Of a DNA stretch of 64,000 nt, positions 35,224 through 44,727 are shown piece by piece. Position numbers and translations under genes: made by a program. The DNA lies in IMG/VR virus record IMGVR_UViG_3300043411_000921, positions 1 to 64,000 of that record; one strand, given 5' to 3'. Within the stretch, counting starts at the first letter, position 1. Every line of letters starts with the position of its first letter. Under the pieces are notes generated by a model that did no database searches, was not told where the DNA came from, and saw nothing but the letters and a program-made list of their open reading frames with translations.

Positions 35224-35551
35224 CGGAACTATTTTCCTTTGAGGTTGGTTGATGTTTTTCTGAAAATGAGTCTTCAACCCAAAGAAGTTGTCCGCTGCGA
35301 TCCAACACGAGAAACTCTTTGAATGAAGAACAACCTTCTTCCTCAATTGTTCTGATATCCAGAACGGGCAGCGTTGTACCGCTCGGGATGTAGGCGATTC
35401 GCATATCATCATCCACTTCACTAATCCTGGTTCCGGGAATTCCCGCTGGAATTCCGCGGTTGTGGCCTATCCAGTAATTGCCCCAGGATTTCACTGACGC
35501 TTCATAGCTCACCACGATCAAATCACCAACCGCTATATTTTTCACTTTCAC
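35210..35551 (-). CDS. Array-family protein
   Basis: IAVGDLI; VLDRSGQLLW. Confidence 0.7.
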   Translation of the reverse strand: MKVKNIAVGDLIVVSYEASVKSWGNYWIGHNRGIPAGIPGTRISEVDDDMRIAYIPSGTTLPVLDIRTIEEEGCSSFKEFLVLDRSGQLLWVEDSFSEKHQPTSKENSSDVTV

Positions 35552-35715
35552 GGTTTGCTTCTACTGGCCAATTCTGCTTTGAGAAGGATGTTTTCTTGTT
35601 CAAGATGATTGACTCTGGAACGAAGAGTCCTGAACTCCTCATTCATTTGTTTCAGCCAATCATTAATCCTGTCAACCTGACACTTGACCAAGAATGCGTC
35701 ATTGCAATTCCACAT
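35548..35715 (-). CDS. Small coiled-coil protein (55 aa, below ORF-track cutoff)
   Basis: AAGGA SD; GTGA coupling; heptad LRSRVNHLEQENILLKAEL. Confidence 0.55.
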   Translation of the reverse strand: MWNCNDAFLVKCQVDRINDWLKQMNEEFRTLRSRVNHLEQENILLKAELASRSKP

Positions 35716-35732
35716 GTGTTATTGTCCTTCCT

Positions 35733-37049
35733 TCAGCAAGTGCAGTGAAGAACTTCACTGATGAGAACAGCGTCCCCAGCGTTGAGCATCGACGCACGTT
35801 CAACCAACTTGGACCTGATTTTTGGAGAAATTCCATCCCAAAGTGAATATTTTTTGAACTTATCCAGCTTGATGATTGGTTTGAACCATGTTGCTGGATT
35901 AGTGCTGATCTTCAGCAATCGTTTATCCGCACCCTCCGCAAAGGTTTGATGAAGGATCATTGGAATCGGACGCCAAAGCCCACTTGAATGATAGAAATAC
36001 TGACTGTCGTATTTCTCAATCTCAAATAGATCAGTGTCCTCATTCGCCACGCTGTAAAACCTGTTTTTCAGTGTTGTTCCGGTGATATATTTCACAGACA
36101 ATCCAGTGTTATGAGAAACAAGCTCAACCGGAATGGCAACAGTAAACTGATCGGTTCTTTTCCCGTAATAATCGAACACAGATAGCGCAATCGGTTTGTC
36201 AGCTTGCAAAGGCATTCCAACGCGGTTTTTGACTGCATCTTCGTAAGTGTGACAAAGATACTGCCAAAGATTGAACATACCCTTTGTCATTCCATAATCG
36301 GCAGCAACAAGTTTCCGATCAGTTTCTTCTTCGACAACAGAATCGGGCATGTCCACAATCTTTTTGGTTTGTTCGACAAACTCAAGAAGGAAGCGAGCCC
36401 AAGTCTGGATGGTTGTTGCATCAACAGTCCCAGCAAAGTGCCGAAATTCAACCGTTCCAAATTTTTCGATGGAGTTGAGATTCACCTTCCAATACTTGGA
36501 ATCAATATCATAAGACAAATTGAGAGCATCTTCTTTCTCTCCCAAAACCCTCCGAAGCATCCTGGGGTCGTTGCAAGAATGAGCATATTCAAGTTTGTTT
36601 ACACGACGATTTTCGGGAACAAAAGCATCGAAGATTTTTTCAGCCCTTGCATACCTCAGAAACAACCGTTGAACCAGTTTTAGGGCTTCTTTGCTTTTCA
36701 ATTCCTTACCAAGTCCAATGTGGATATGAAGACCACAAGAGTAATTTGCGTATGCGCCAATCGACTGGAGATACTCACACACATGCTCAATCTCCTTCCA
36801 GTTAGAAGGTTTGCTGGCATCAAGAATCCTTGAGACAATCTCAACACCTGCATAACCCGCGCCATGAGGATGAATTGATCCATCCAGGCGCACTTGCCAA
36901 GAAGAATTATTTTCAGAATATCCGGCAGATGTAATCCGCACCTTCTTTTTTTTCATCGCAGGAACAAAACCTGCATTGAAAGTGTTGAGATGGTTTGGAT
37001 CTGTGGGAGTAGTTGGAATCAAACACTCAATTTCAACACCGAACTTCAT
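35733..37049 (-). CDS. Putative amidoligase (COOH-NH2 ligase, Amidoligase_2-like) with C-terminal extension
   Basis: FGVEIE, DGSI, EIVS, SCGLHIH, KYWKVNL, GTVEFRHF. Confidence 0.88.
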   Translation of the reverse strand: MKFGVEIECLIPTTPTDPNHLNTFNAGFVPAMKKKKVRITSAGYSENNSSWQVRLDGSIHPHGAGYAGVEIVSRILDASKPSNWKEIEHVCEYLQSIGAYANYSCGLHIHIGLGKELKSKEALKLVQRLFLRYARAEKIFDAFVPENRRVNKLEYAHSCNDPRMLRRVLGEKEDALNLSYDIDSKYWKVNLNSIEKFGTVEFRHFAGTVDATTIQTWARFLLEFVEQTKKIVDMPDSVVEEETDRKLVAADYGMTKGMFNLWQYLCHTYEDAVKNRVGMPLQADKPIALSVFDYYGKRTDQFTVAIPVELVSHNTGLSVKYITGTTLKNRFYSVANEDTDLFEIEKYDSQYFYHSSGLWRPIPMILHQTFAEGADKRLLKISTNPATWFKPIIKLDKFKKYSLWDGISPKIRSKLVERASMLNAGDAVLISEVLHCTC

Positions 37050-37062
37050 GGTCTTCCCTTCT

Positions 37063-37245
37063 CTATTCTTTCTTCGGAGGATGAAGAGGACGATACAAAC
37101 AAAAGCTGCAATCGGGATCAGTGCAACGCTCTTCGGTCCACTCCCCACAGTGCTCACAAAAGTAAGCATCATATTTGTCATCACGAAACTCCTCAACCAA
37201 ACGGGTTTCCTGTTTACATTCGGGACAGGTTTTAGACTTCAACAT
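37063..37245 (-). CDS. Small Cys-rich Zn-binding protein
   Basis: CPEC, YDAYFCEHCGEWTE..CTDPDCSFC. Confidence 0.7.
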   Translation of the reverse strand: MLKSKTCPECKQETRLVEEFRDDKYDAYFCEHCGEWTEERCTDPDCSFCLYRPLHPPKKE

Positions 37246-37732
37246 AGGAATACTTCCATTCAGGCTTGCTCGGGAAATGGTTGCAACCCTTGAGAATAGA
37301 CACGAGGGTTTGAAGTCTGTTGTGCATGTTCATCACACTGTCCTCGGGAACTCCGTGGACATTCCGTGCTGCTGCAACCTTGGGATCTGCAACGACGTGA
37401 ACCAAGGTTGGAATGATTCCGTGCTGGTTTGCAAACTCGACATAAGGAGCCAGAGCCTTGAGTTGTGTGTTGGTATTATCAACCACCACCGTAATCGCTC
37501 CAGGACGAATAACAGCAGCCTTGAAATTCTCCAAGCACTCAGAGTGTGCCCGACCCAACTGAGAGCCGTTAAAAAGGTACTGGCCCGTCTGCCGGTCAAT
37601 GAAATAATGATCAGCCGACGCCACGACCACCTCTCCAGGAATCCCTCGAATGTAGGTGCTTTTCCCAGCACCGGGAACCCCCAGCATCAAAACCACCTTC
37701 TTTTCCAGTCGCTCCAAGTTGTTCGTCATCAT
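37232..37732 (-). CDS. P-loop kinase, AAA_33/N4BP2-like (putative 5'-OH polynucleotide kinase)
   Basis: GVPGAGKST, SADHYF, AHSEC, VVDNTN, RNVHGVP; leaderless promoter 37739-37768. Confidence 0.85.
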   Translation of the reverse strand: MMTNNLERLEKKVVLMLGVPGAGKSTYIRGIPGEVVVASADHYFIDRQTGQYLFNGSQLGRAHSECLENFKAAVIRPGAITVVVDNTNTQLKALAPYVEFANQHGIIPTLVHVVADPKVAAARNVHGVPEDSVMNMHNRLQTLVSILKGCNHFPSKPEWKYSYVEV

Positions 37733-37843
37733 GACCAAAAGGTACCATGCCGAATGACCATACGTCAAGAAAAATCGTCAGGGGGGCCTCCCCCGGCTTC
37801 CCCCAGAGAATCTAGGGGTTTCCTTGATCAACTTTCTTGCCTA

Positions 37844-37915
37844 GTGGAAGATAACCAGAAGAGGGATTGAAGAAGGCATCTCTTAAAGAAGAGGATGATC
37901 AAGAAGATGAGAAGG
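37844..37915. repeat. Purine-rich ~70-bp intergenic repeat, copy 2
   Basis: Matches 16334-16404. Confidence 0.7.
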
Positions 37916-37943
37916 GTTCTCAGGAAGATGGTGGAGGATGAGA

Positions 37944-38843
37944 TCAGGAGTTGTGAATTGTTTTCCAGAATCTTGTTGGACCATCGAGGAAATACTCTTC
38001 GATCTCTTCCAAGCTCCTAGAGAACCAAGGCTCATACTGAACAAGGACATTTGGATTCAGGATAACTTCTCTTCCCAAGAGTTTTGATTCAACGGTGATT
38101 CTGCTCCCAACATCAATATCTCTAGGAAAGAAGACAAGACCTTTGCTGGAACTTAGTTGTTTTAGGAAGTCTTCGTTGCTGAGGTTTTTCAGCAGCACGA
38201 ACTTCATTCCATTTTGATTACAATGATCAACAGCATCAGAGGTTCCTTTGATCCAGCTATCAGAGTCGAGGATGCACCAATGGTTTTGTGCTGGAAGGTT
38301 TTGTTCTCTGACAGCGCGAATCTTTTTGATTGTGTCTGGATAGAAGGTGGATCCCTGAACAAAGTCTTGGGTTCGCCCAATCAGATGAGGATATTCACCA
38401 TAGAACTTGTCTCGTTGTTTTCCAGAACACCAGAACAAGGTCTTGGCTCCGGTCATCCAGTAAGACATCCATTGACCGTGTTGTGACTGTGTGCAATCAC
38501 AAGGTTTTCCAGTGATGGATTCATGTTTTTTGGTTGAGCGATAGACGCAGGGTTTGTAGTCGTACTCAAAGAAATGATATTCGATGTTGAGTTCGAGGAA
38601 GAGGTTAAGGATCCAGGGAGGGACTTGGGTTTGATTTCCGAACACCCATTTCTTGGCTCTGTGAGCTTTAACAAGGCGCTCGGTGAGGGAGCGTGAGTGA
38701 AGGTGGCATACCCTCCTGTCGGCAGCCTGGATAATGGCATCTGAGGTCATCTCGGCCCCTCCAAGAATCTCATCCACAAAGAAATCCTCAACGAAAATCA
38801 CTTCGGCGTTTGGTGGAACGTAAAACTCGATGTTGTTTGGCAT
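37944..38843 (-). CDS. Glycosyltransferase-like protein (GT-B/GT4-like)
   Basis: GGAEMT, WIKG, KGLVFFP..D..SR..VESKLLG. Confidence 0.7.
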   Translation of the reverse strand: MPNNIEFYVPPNAEVIFVEDFFVDEILGGAEMTSDAIIQAADRRVCHLHSRSLTERLVKAHRAKKWVFGNQTQVPPWILNLFLELNIEYHFFEYDYKPCVYRSTKKHESITGKPCDCTQSQHGQWMSYWMTGAKTLFWCSGKQRDKFYGEYPHLIGRTQDFVQGSTFYPDTIKKIRAVREQNLPAQNHWCILDSDSWIKGTSDAVDHCNQNGMKFVLLKNLSNEDFLKQLSSSKGLVFFPRDIDVGSRITVESKLLGREVILNPNVLVQYEPWFSRSLEEIEEYFLDGPTRFWKTIHNS

Positions 38844-38891
38844 ACCGAAGTATCTTTGTTGTTAGGGATTCAATATTTACACAGCAACACC

Positions 38892-39653
38892 ATGTCCCTG
38901 AAAAACCTCATCAAAGATTTGATTGTGCTGGAGCAATACAGCATGACTCCTTCTCCTTCCGGCAAACAAGAGTTCTCAATGAAAGACTCTCCGGTTGTTG
39001 ACACATTGAAAGGTGTTGCGCTCCGCAAACTCAACAACATTGGAATGACAGTCAGAAGCCCAAGCGCCAAACTTCAAGATTTCCAAAAGGCTTATGACGC
39101 TATTGATGATGTTGAGTCTGACATTGGTGCTCTTGGCTCCATCAAGTTCATGGGAGAACCACCAGGAATGAAGCTTGACAAGGATACAGCCAAACATTCT
39201 GGTACAGTTGCAAAAGCAGTTTCCGCAGGCAAACCTCCTCCTCCACTTCCAAAGAGTGACGTTGCAACAGCACCAACCATTCCACAAAAAAAAGCATTCC
39301 CAACAATCACACCAAACGCTGTTACAAATCCAGCAAGCAATCCCACAAAACACATGGGAACTTCTGAGCTTGGCGCAACAAAATCTAGTGAAACACAGCC
39401 AATGGCAGTGAGCCAAACCCCAGAAGAAATCAGAAGTGCTGCGCGGGTAACTCCTTCTCCTCCTCCATTTGGTGTTTCTGGAAGAGTTCCAAGGGCGGCT
39501 CCAACGCAAAGAATGCAGCAACAAGCTTTGAACTATGCTCAAAGCAAGTCAACACCAACTGGAACATTTGACCCCAACCTCGGCAGAGATCGTGTCAATG
39601 AGTCAGCAAACCTGAAAGATGTTTTGAAGAGGGTCATTCTCGGAGGAGAATGA
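38892..39653 (+). CDS. Putative late/virion protein, Pro/Thr-rich
   Basis: TATTTA 12 nt upstream; MSLKNLIKDLIVLEQ. Confidence 0.7.
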   Translation: MSLKNLIKDLIVLEQYSMTPSPSGKQEFSMKDSPVVDTLKGVALRKLNNIGMTVRSPSAKLQDFQKAYDAIDDVESDIGALGSIKFMGEPPGMKLDKDTAKHSGTVAKAVSAGKPPPPLPKSDVATAPTIPQKKAFPTITPNAVTNPASNPTKHMGTSELGATKSSETQPMAVSQTPEEIRSAARVTPSPPPFGVSGRVPRAAPTQRMQQQALNYAQSKSTPTGTFDPNLGRDRVNESANLKDVLKRVILGGE

Positions 39654-39667
39654 CATAGGCGGGAAAA

Positions 39668-39940
39668 CTATGAGGAAACCGGAGTGAGGATTGAGGAAAA
39701 AAGAGCCTCAATCCTTTCTTTTTTGATGAGTTTGAGCGGTTCTCCTGGTTCAAACTCATAAATCCGCATATATTGAACGAAACGTAGTATCTCTTTTCCG
39801 GTGAAGATGTTTTCGGGGAAGAGCTTGCGGGCGAGAGTATAGCAGTAATTCACCGCCGTTTCGAAATCCATGAAAACACGGCAGTTTCCAACGTGAAGTT
39901 TTCTCTGGGACGCACTGGTTACAAGATACATTGTTGTCAT
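39668..39940 (-). CDS. Hypothetical protein
   Basis: ATGA coupling. Confidence 0.6.
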   Translation of the reverse strand: MTTMYLVTSASQRKLHVGNCRVFMDFETAVNYCYTLARKLFPENIFTGKEILRFVQYMRIYEFEPGEPLKLIKKERIEALFSSILTPVSS

Positions 39941-40533
39941 TGTTTTTTTGTTTCTTCCTGGTGAGTGATTGAAATGCCTAGCGTTTTTTCCATAGCACGG
40001 TAGAAAACTTCCCGACAAGCAAAAACATCTGACTCAGCACTATGAGCCTTGGAATGCTCAATCCCAAGATGTTTTGTGACAGCAGTCAAACTCCTGCTTG
40101 AGATATGACCAGGAAAAACCCAATGTTCATAAGCCAAGGTTGCTGTGTCGATTGTGTGATAGAAGCTGAAATCCTCGTGCCCAGAACAACGAATCATTGC
40201 TTCTTCGATGATTCCTCTGTCATAGGAGATGTTGTGTCCAACAATCTCAGTAGCAAGACTTAGAATCTCAGCAACCTCATCTGCAATCTCGTAGAAGTAC
40301 GGAGCGTACTTCCAGGCTTCTGGAGTGTATCCATTGATTGCTGCTGCCTTCTCAAAAACCTTGATTGTCGGTTTCACCTTCCTTGTGAATGTCCTGACGA
40401 TGTTTCCACGAATGAAAGGGCGGGCGGGGTCAAATTCCTCCAGAACCAAACAAATCTCAACGATTTGATCCTTCCGAGTGTTCAGTCCTGTGGTTTCGGT
40501 GTCGAGAAAACAACGATATGTTTCGTTGCTCAT
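39937..40533 (-). CDS. DEDDh 3'-5' exonuclease (DnaQ-like)
   Basis: LDTETTGL, GHNISYD, IDT, AHSAESD. Confidence 0.9.
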   Translation of the reverse strand: MSNETYRCFLDTETTGLNTRKDQIVEICLVLEEFDPARPFIRGNIVRTFTRKVKPTIKVFEKAAAINGYTPEAWKYAPYFYEIADEVAEILSLATEIVGHNISYDRGIIEEAMIRCSGHEDFSFYHTIDTATLAYEHWVFPGHISSRSLTAVTKHLGIEHSKAHSAESDVFACREVFYRAMEKTLGISITHQEETKKQ

Positions 40534-40928
40534 CGGAAATCCCATGCGACAACAGAGCCGTTGACAGTCCAAATGGCCAAGTCAAAGCTGTCATCAACAT
40601 CTTCGTGCTTTGATTCCAAAACCCAAGTCTTTGCCTTTACTGCCCCGACCAAATCAGATGGAGAAATGGAAATGTGTGACATACCACAACACCAACTGGG
40701 AATATCCAGTAGATCATTGAGAATCATTGTCAACTCATAGGCTGGGAGATCATGTGAATCGGCAACAAACCAACCACTTGGATCGGTAATGCAATTCCAA
40801 AGATGGTCGAGGTCAATCACTTCATCCTCTTGATCAAGGATCTGGTGTTCGGAAAGGATCTTGTTCTTCCCTTCTTCCAACTTTAAGAGAATGTTGGGGA
40901 GGAATGAGAGAATATCTGTTTCGGTCAT
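40530..40928 (-). CDS. Hypothetical protein
   Basis: ATGA coupling. Confidence 0.65.
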   Translation of the reverse strand: MTETDILSFLPNILLKLEEGKNKILSEHQILDQEDEVIDLDHLWNCITDPSGWFVADSHDLPAYELTMILNDLLDIPSWCCGMSHISISPSDLVGAVKAKTWVLESKHEDVDDSFDLAIWTVNGSVVAWDFR

Positions 40929-40949
40929 TTGTGGTGCTTCTTTGAATTC

Positions 40950-41240
40950 TTACAACAAAAAACGAGCTAACAATTGTCCAGCAGTCTGCAACCGCTCGTC
41001 CTCGTCATGAATCAGTGAACAAGCGAATCCAGAGAGGTCTGGATTTTCTCCCCGGAACATGCCGGTCTGACGAATCTTTTTAATCAACGCATCAATGTGG
41101 TCATTGTTACCCAACGAGAGTGGAATGCGACCCGAAATTCCTTCAAACTGTTCGATGAAGACCTGTGCCTTGTTCGGAGAGGTTGCGAGAGCACCTACAA
41201 AGAAAGTGAGTTCTGCAATATCGCTGTACTGTTTAGTCAT
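40950..41240 (-). CDS. Hypothetical protein
   Basis: ORF in operon. Confidence 0.6.
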   Translation of the reverse strand: MTKQYSDIAELTFFVGALATSPNKAQVFIEQFEGISGRIPLSLGNNDHIDALIKKIRQTGMFRGENPDLSGFACSLIHDEDERLQTAGQLLARFLL

Positions 41241-41709
41241 CGCGTTGGGAGATTCCTTCAAAGTATTCAACTTCGACAAACTGAAACATGCCGGATTGCT
41301 GGAACTTCAACAGCTTGTCAAAAACGTCCGTTGAAAGCGGGTTCTTTGCTCGTGTGACAAAAATCTTGTCGTCAAACCCAAGACCAGAAACATATTCGTA
41401 GTCTTGAAGTTCAAGGAACTTCAAGAGTTGTTCCTTTGTGGATTCCCCGTTCAAACGTAGAAGGATGTAGTTCCTGAAAGCGAGAAGTTTCCCGGAAGGC
41501 GTCTCAACAACCCGGCAAACCTCCTCCACTTCATCGACTGCATCAACGAACACAGGAGGAACAGTATCTCCATCTTCGTAAAAGAAAAACTTGGGTTGCT
41601 CGCTATCTTTGATTTTCAAGAAGAGAACTTCCAAAAAAAGCTTTGCTGTGGTGTTGCCACGGGCGCGAGGAAAAACGATTTCTTGAATCCTGTGCATTTT
41701 CATTTTCAC
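41233..41709 (-). CDS. Hypothetical protein
   Basis: GTGA coupling. Confidence 0.65.
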   Translation of the reverse strand: MKMKMHRIQEIVFPRARGNTTAKLFLEVLFLKIKDSEQPKFFFYEDGDTVPPVFVDAVDEVEEVCRVVETPSGKLLAFRNYILLRLNGESTKEQLLKFLELQDYEYVSGLGFDDKIFVTRAKNPLSTDVFDKLLKFQQSGMFQFVEVEYFEGISQRDD

Positions 41710-41897
41710 TTTCGATTTGGGTTCAAAGAATCATTCACATATCGAGTGGCATCACACCAGAGTGATTCCCACAGCTTGCCACCCTCAAGCTCTTCACGAA
41801 CATGGGCTGGGAGTTCTTCGTATTCTACCACGGAAGTCCTGGTGGTGCCAGAACAAAACCGATCAAGAATCGTCTTCTGCTTCTTCGTCAGTGCCAT
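41706..41897 (-). CDS. Hypothetical protein
   Basis: MALTKKQK start after GGAGGG SD. Confidence 0.55.
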   Translation of the reverse strand: MALTKKQKTILDRFCSGTTRTSVVEYEELPAHVREELEGGKLWESLWCDATRYVNDSLNPNRK

Positions 41898-42345
41898 TGT
41901 CCGTACCCTCCTCTTCATTCTTGCTGTGCTTGACAATCTTGATGGTATATTCCTTCTCAAGCTCGATTCCATAAGGCTTGTCATCCCGATAAAGGATTTC
42001 AGCAAACCCACAGGCAATCGCAAACCCAATTTGGTCCAAACCAAGCTCTGCTGCCGGATGACCACGCTTCGTCATGTTCTGCAACATCAGAGAACAATCA
42101 TCAAGGTTAACTTCTGTCACCTTGTAAGCTGTGTCATCAATCCCAACCACATCATCAACACGAAGAGTTTTGAGAAACTCTTGGACCTTGATGGGATCAG
42201 GGTCTTCATATCCAGCATTCAAAGCTTCAATTCGAGCCTTGAGATGATCTCGTGTCTGTTGGCCGCACATGTAATACATGTCTCGCGGATTGTCCTTGAT
42301 CTGAACCTTGACCTTCTTCTCCGTAACCGTTGCTTCTTCACTCAT
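41863..42345 (-). CDS. Hypothetical acidic protein
   Basis: GAGGAG SD. Confidence 0.7.
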   Translation of the reverse strand: MSEEATVTEKKVKVQIKDNPRDMYYMCGQQTRDHLKARIEALNAGYEDPDPIKVQEFLKTLRVDDVVGIDDTAYKVTEVNLDDCSLMLQNMTKRGHPAAELGLDQIGFAIACGFAEILYRDDKPYGIELEKEYTIKIVKHSKNEEEGTDNGTDEEAEDDS

Positions 42346-42357
42346 CTTGTTTTTGTT

Positions 42358-42606
42358 TCACTCCTCTGAAATGTTGTTGGTGTTGGAAATATCTGAATCA
42401 ATCAAGAAAACCCAGGAGTCGTAGTAAACGACTGTCTTGTCTTTTTTTCCATCCGGTGTCAAGTGCTCGATAAAGCAACGTGAGTCGTCTTTGTTTTTCC
42501 TGATCCTGTCAATTGCCTCATTCCACGAATAAAGAACCAGAAGACACCGCGCTGCTTCATTTTCAGATTGAATCAAATCTCCTGGTTTTGGCATTCGATG
42601 AAGCAT
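42358..42606 (-). CDS. Array-family protein; leaderless promoter TTGACA-17-TAGAGT-6-ATG (42613-42641)
   Basis: PKPGDLI; LLVL; LTPDGK. Confidence 0.7.
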   Translation of the reverse strand: MLHRMPKPGDLIQSENEAARCLLVLYSWNEAIDRIRKNKDDSRCFIEHLTPDGKKDKTVVYYDSWVFLIDSDISNTNNISEE

Positions 42607-42637
42607 GGCTGGACTCTACTCTGAGTCTCGGTCCATG

Positions 42638-42868
42638 TCAACCAAAATCAGTGACGAGGTTGTGATTCAGGTGGATGAACAAAAGATCATGATTTCTAAC
42701 ACTTGGAGCTTGTCTTCGGTTGTTTGTTTCCAAACAGACAAACATGGTTGGTTGATCATTGCAGCGACCAAGAACGATGAGGAAATAATTCGGGAAAACG
42801 GAATCTCGGTACAAACCACCAATCACTGGATCTGGAATGGCGGTGGTGGTGAGATTGGGTGTTGTCAT
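42638..42868 (-). CDS. Array-family protein
   Basis: PVIGGLY; LIVLG. Confidence 0.65.
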   Translation of the reverse strand: MTTPNLTTTAIPDPVIGGLYRDSVFPNYFLIVLGRCNDQPTMFVCLETNNRRQAPSVRNHDLLFIHLNHNLVTDFG

Positions 42869-42870
42869 GT

Positions 42871-43104
42871 TTATTCTTCCTTCTCTTCTGTCTTGGTGAT
42901 TACAAAAATGTCCCGAAGAAGTCTTGTGGTGGCACACCCCATTTCGGTTCGTAGACCTTCTTTTGCCAACCAGCACTCCACATAGGAAACACACTTGTCA
43001 CAGTTTTGGTGCTCGGTGCAAGGACCAACAATAACCATGTGTCCATTTCCTCTTGATGGTTTACGCTTGTAAAGCTTACCAATAACAAAATCACCAATAT
43101 TCAT
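42871..43104 (-). CDS. Array-family protein
   Basis: FVIGKLY; VIVG. Confidence 0.65.
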   Translation of the reverse strand: MNIGDFVIGKLYKRKPSRGNGHMVIVGPCTEHQNCDKCVSYVECWLAKEGLRTEMGCATTRLLRDIFVITKTEEKEE

Positions 43105-43110
43105 TCACAT

Positions 43111-43392
43111 TTATTCTTCCGGTGGAATGCGTTTGAAATCGTTTCTGTTGGCCTTCTGAATGACCACACACTCACCCTCCAGACGAACGTACAATCCAAA
43201 TTTTCCATGTTCTGGTGAGAGGAACCGCGCAATCCCTGTTCCGAGTTGTGCTGAGTCAACTCCAATGAGTACAGCGGGAGTGAATTGACCATGATACTCA
43301 GAAGAAAAGAAGCCCGCTTCAACCAGCACGAGGTCTCCAATCTTGATTTTCCAGGGTTTGAAACGTGTGTTTGGTTTATACGGAGTTGCCAT
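43111..43392 (-). CDS. Array-family protein
   Basis: IKIGDLV; FLSPEHGKFG. Confidence 0.7.
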   Translation of the reverse strand: MATPYKPNTRFKPWKIKIGDLVLVEAGFFSSEYHGQFTPAVLIGVDSAQLGTGIARFLSPEHGKFGLYVRLEGECVVIQKANRNDFKRIPPEE

Positions 43393-43654
43393 CAGGTTTA
43401 TCCTCGACTGTTAGAACTTCTTGGAAATGCCAATCCCTTGATTTACTTTGGTAGACAAAACCTCGCTCACCACTCCCAGCTGCCAAAACTTTCAAAACTC
43501 GTGTTGATGTTGTTTCCTCAAAATCAAGTACAACAAACTTGTCCCCTAAGCGCAACCAGCCAGCGGCAGAAGCGGATAACGTTCGATTTGGATATATTCC
43601 ATACTTGCCGCACCCGCGATCATATTCATACAACCCACCAATCTTGAATGTCAT
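43376..43654 (-). CDS. Array-family protein (KDG sub-family)
   Basis: KIGGLY; LGDKFVVL; GERGFV. Confidence 0.75.
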   Translation of the reverse strand: MTFKIGGLYEYDRGCGKYGIYPNRTLSASAAGWLRLGDKFVVLDFEETTSTRVLKVLAAGSGERGFVYQSKSRDWHFQEVLTVEDKPDGNSV

Positions 43655-43917
43655 TGTTCCTCAATTCCTGTTTGTACTTCTTCAATGCTTTTGTTTGTAA
43701 CGGCTCGGGTGAGACCGCCAATGAATCCACGTTTACCTTCTTTGGGAACTAAGACTTCATGAAAATCCGCTGCCACGTTATTGGGGTTGGATTTCAGAAG
43801 AACAAAACAATCCCCAGGGTACAAGTGAGAAACTATTCGAAAGTCATTGGATGCGTCATTCATCCAGACGGTGATTTTTTTGATTCCAACCACCCTAAAC
43901 AAACTGCCCGCAATCAT
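43651..43917 (-). CDS. Array-family protein (KDG sub-family)
   Basis: AGSLF; VW; PGDCFVLL; VLVPKEGKRGF. Confidence 0.75.
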   Translation of the reverse strand: MIAGSLFRVVGIKKITVWMNDASNDFRIVSHLYPGDCFVLLKSNPNNVAADFHEVLVPKEGKRGFIGGLTRAVTNKSIEEVQTGIEEQ

Positions 43918-44162
43918 TCCTCAGCCTTTACTTCCTCAAACCATCCAAGACCACATCTTTTTTGCCGTTTGGCAACAAAACCCCGCCTACCATCTTTGGG
44001 AACTAGGATTTCAGTATAGAGTTCGTCATCGGCAACGACAACAAAAAGATCACCTTTTCTTAATGCGGAAGCAAAGTTTTCATTTTTCGGATCTGTGTTA
44101 TCCCACACAATAATACGACCGATCAGTTCCGTGATTTGAAACAAACCGCCGATCTTCAGCAT
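43914..44162 (-). CDS. Array-family protein (KDG sub-family)
   Basis: KIGGLF; KGDLFVV; ILVPKDGRRGF. Confidence 0.75.
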   Translation of the reverse strand: MLKIGGLFQITELIGRIIVWDNTDPKNENFASALRKGDLFVVVADDELYTEILVPKDGRRGFVAKRQKRCGLGWFEEVKAEE

Positions 44163-44440
44163 TTTGAACCTTTCACTTCCTCAATCCACCCCAATTCAAC
44201 TTTCCCTTTCAACTGATAAAGAAATCTGATTTGCCCGTCTTTTGCAACCAGAACCTTCACAAACCCACCCTTCTTTCTATCCAAATCTAGCAAAACGAAC
44301 AAATCACCCTCGAACAGCATGGAAACTCTGGAATGGTCGCTCCCGCTCCAGTTACTCCAAACGTTGATGAAATCGCCTTCACCAAGATTGTAACCGTTTT
44401 TAGTTTCACCAGTTACCTTCAGTAACGTTCCGGGTTTCAT
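44156..44440 (-). CDS. Array-family protein (KDG sub-family)
   Basis: KPGTLL; EGDLFVLL; VLVAKDG. Confidence 0.75.
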   Translation of the reverse strand: MKPGTLLKVTGETKNGYNLGEGDFINVWSNWSGSDHSRVSMLFEGDLFVLLDLDRKKGGFVKVLVAKDGQIRFLYQLKGKVELGWIEEVKGSKC

Positions 44441-44727
44441 TGTTCGTTTTCCTCCGCCCGCTCAACAACCAATTCCAAAAATCTGAAGTGTAAATCGACA
44501 ATATAGCCATACTGGCAGTTTTTGGAAACTAGAACTTTACAAAGGTATTTGCCTTCGATCCCAGTAACAACAACAAAATCACCTTCCACCAAGAAACAAA
44601 CAAGCGTTTCATCGTTTGGACGACGATTCGCCCACACCTTAATTCTATCACAAACGAGTTGGCCCATTGCCCCAACAAAGGTGACTCGATACAATCCTCC
44701 AACCTTCAACGCTGTTTCCACGATCAC
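44437..44727 (-). CDS. Array-family protein (KDG sub-family)
   Basis: KVGGLY; EGDFVVV; VLVSKN. Confidence 0.75.
   Translation of the reverse strand: MIVETALKVGGLYRVTFVGAMGQLVCDRIKVWANRRPNDETLVCFLVEGDFVVVTGIEGKYLCKVLVSKNCQYGYIVDLHFRFLELVVERAEENEQ

Noticed and set aside
37050-37196. N-terminal TM extension of the amidoligase in the ORF track
   Set aside because: It overlaps the Cys-rich gene 37063..37245; the ATG at 37049 has an SD and starts at the FGVEIE motif
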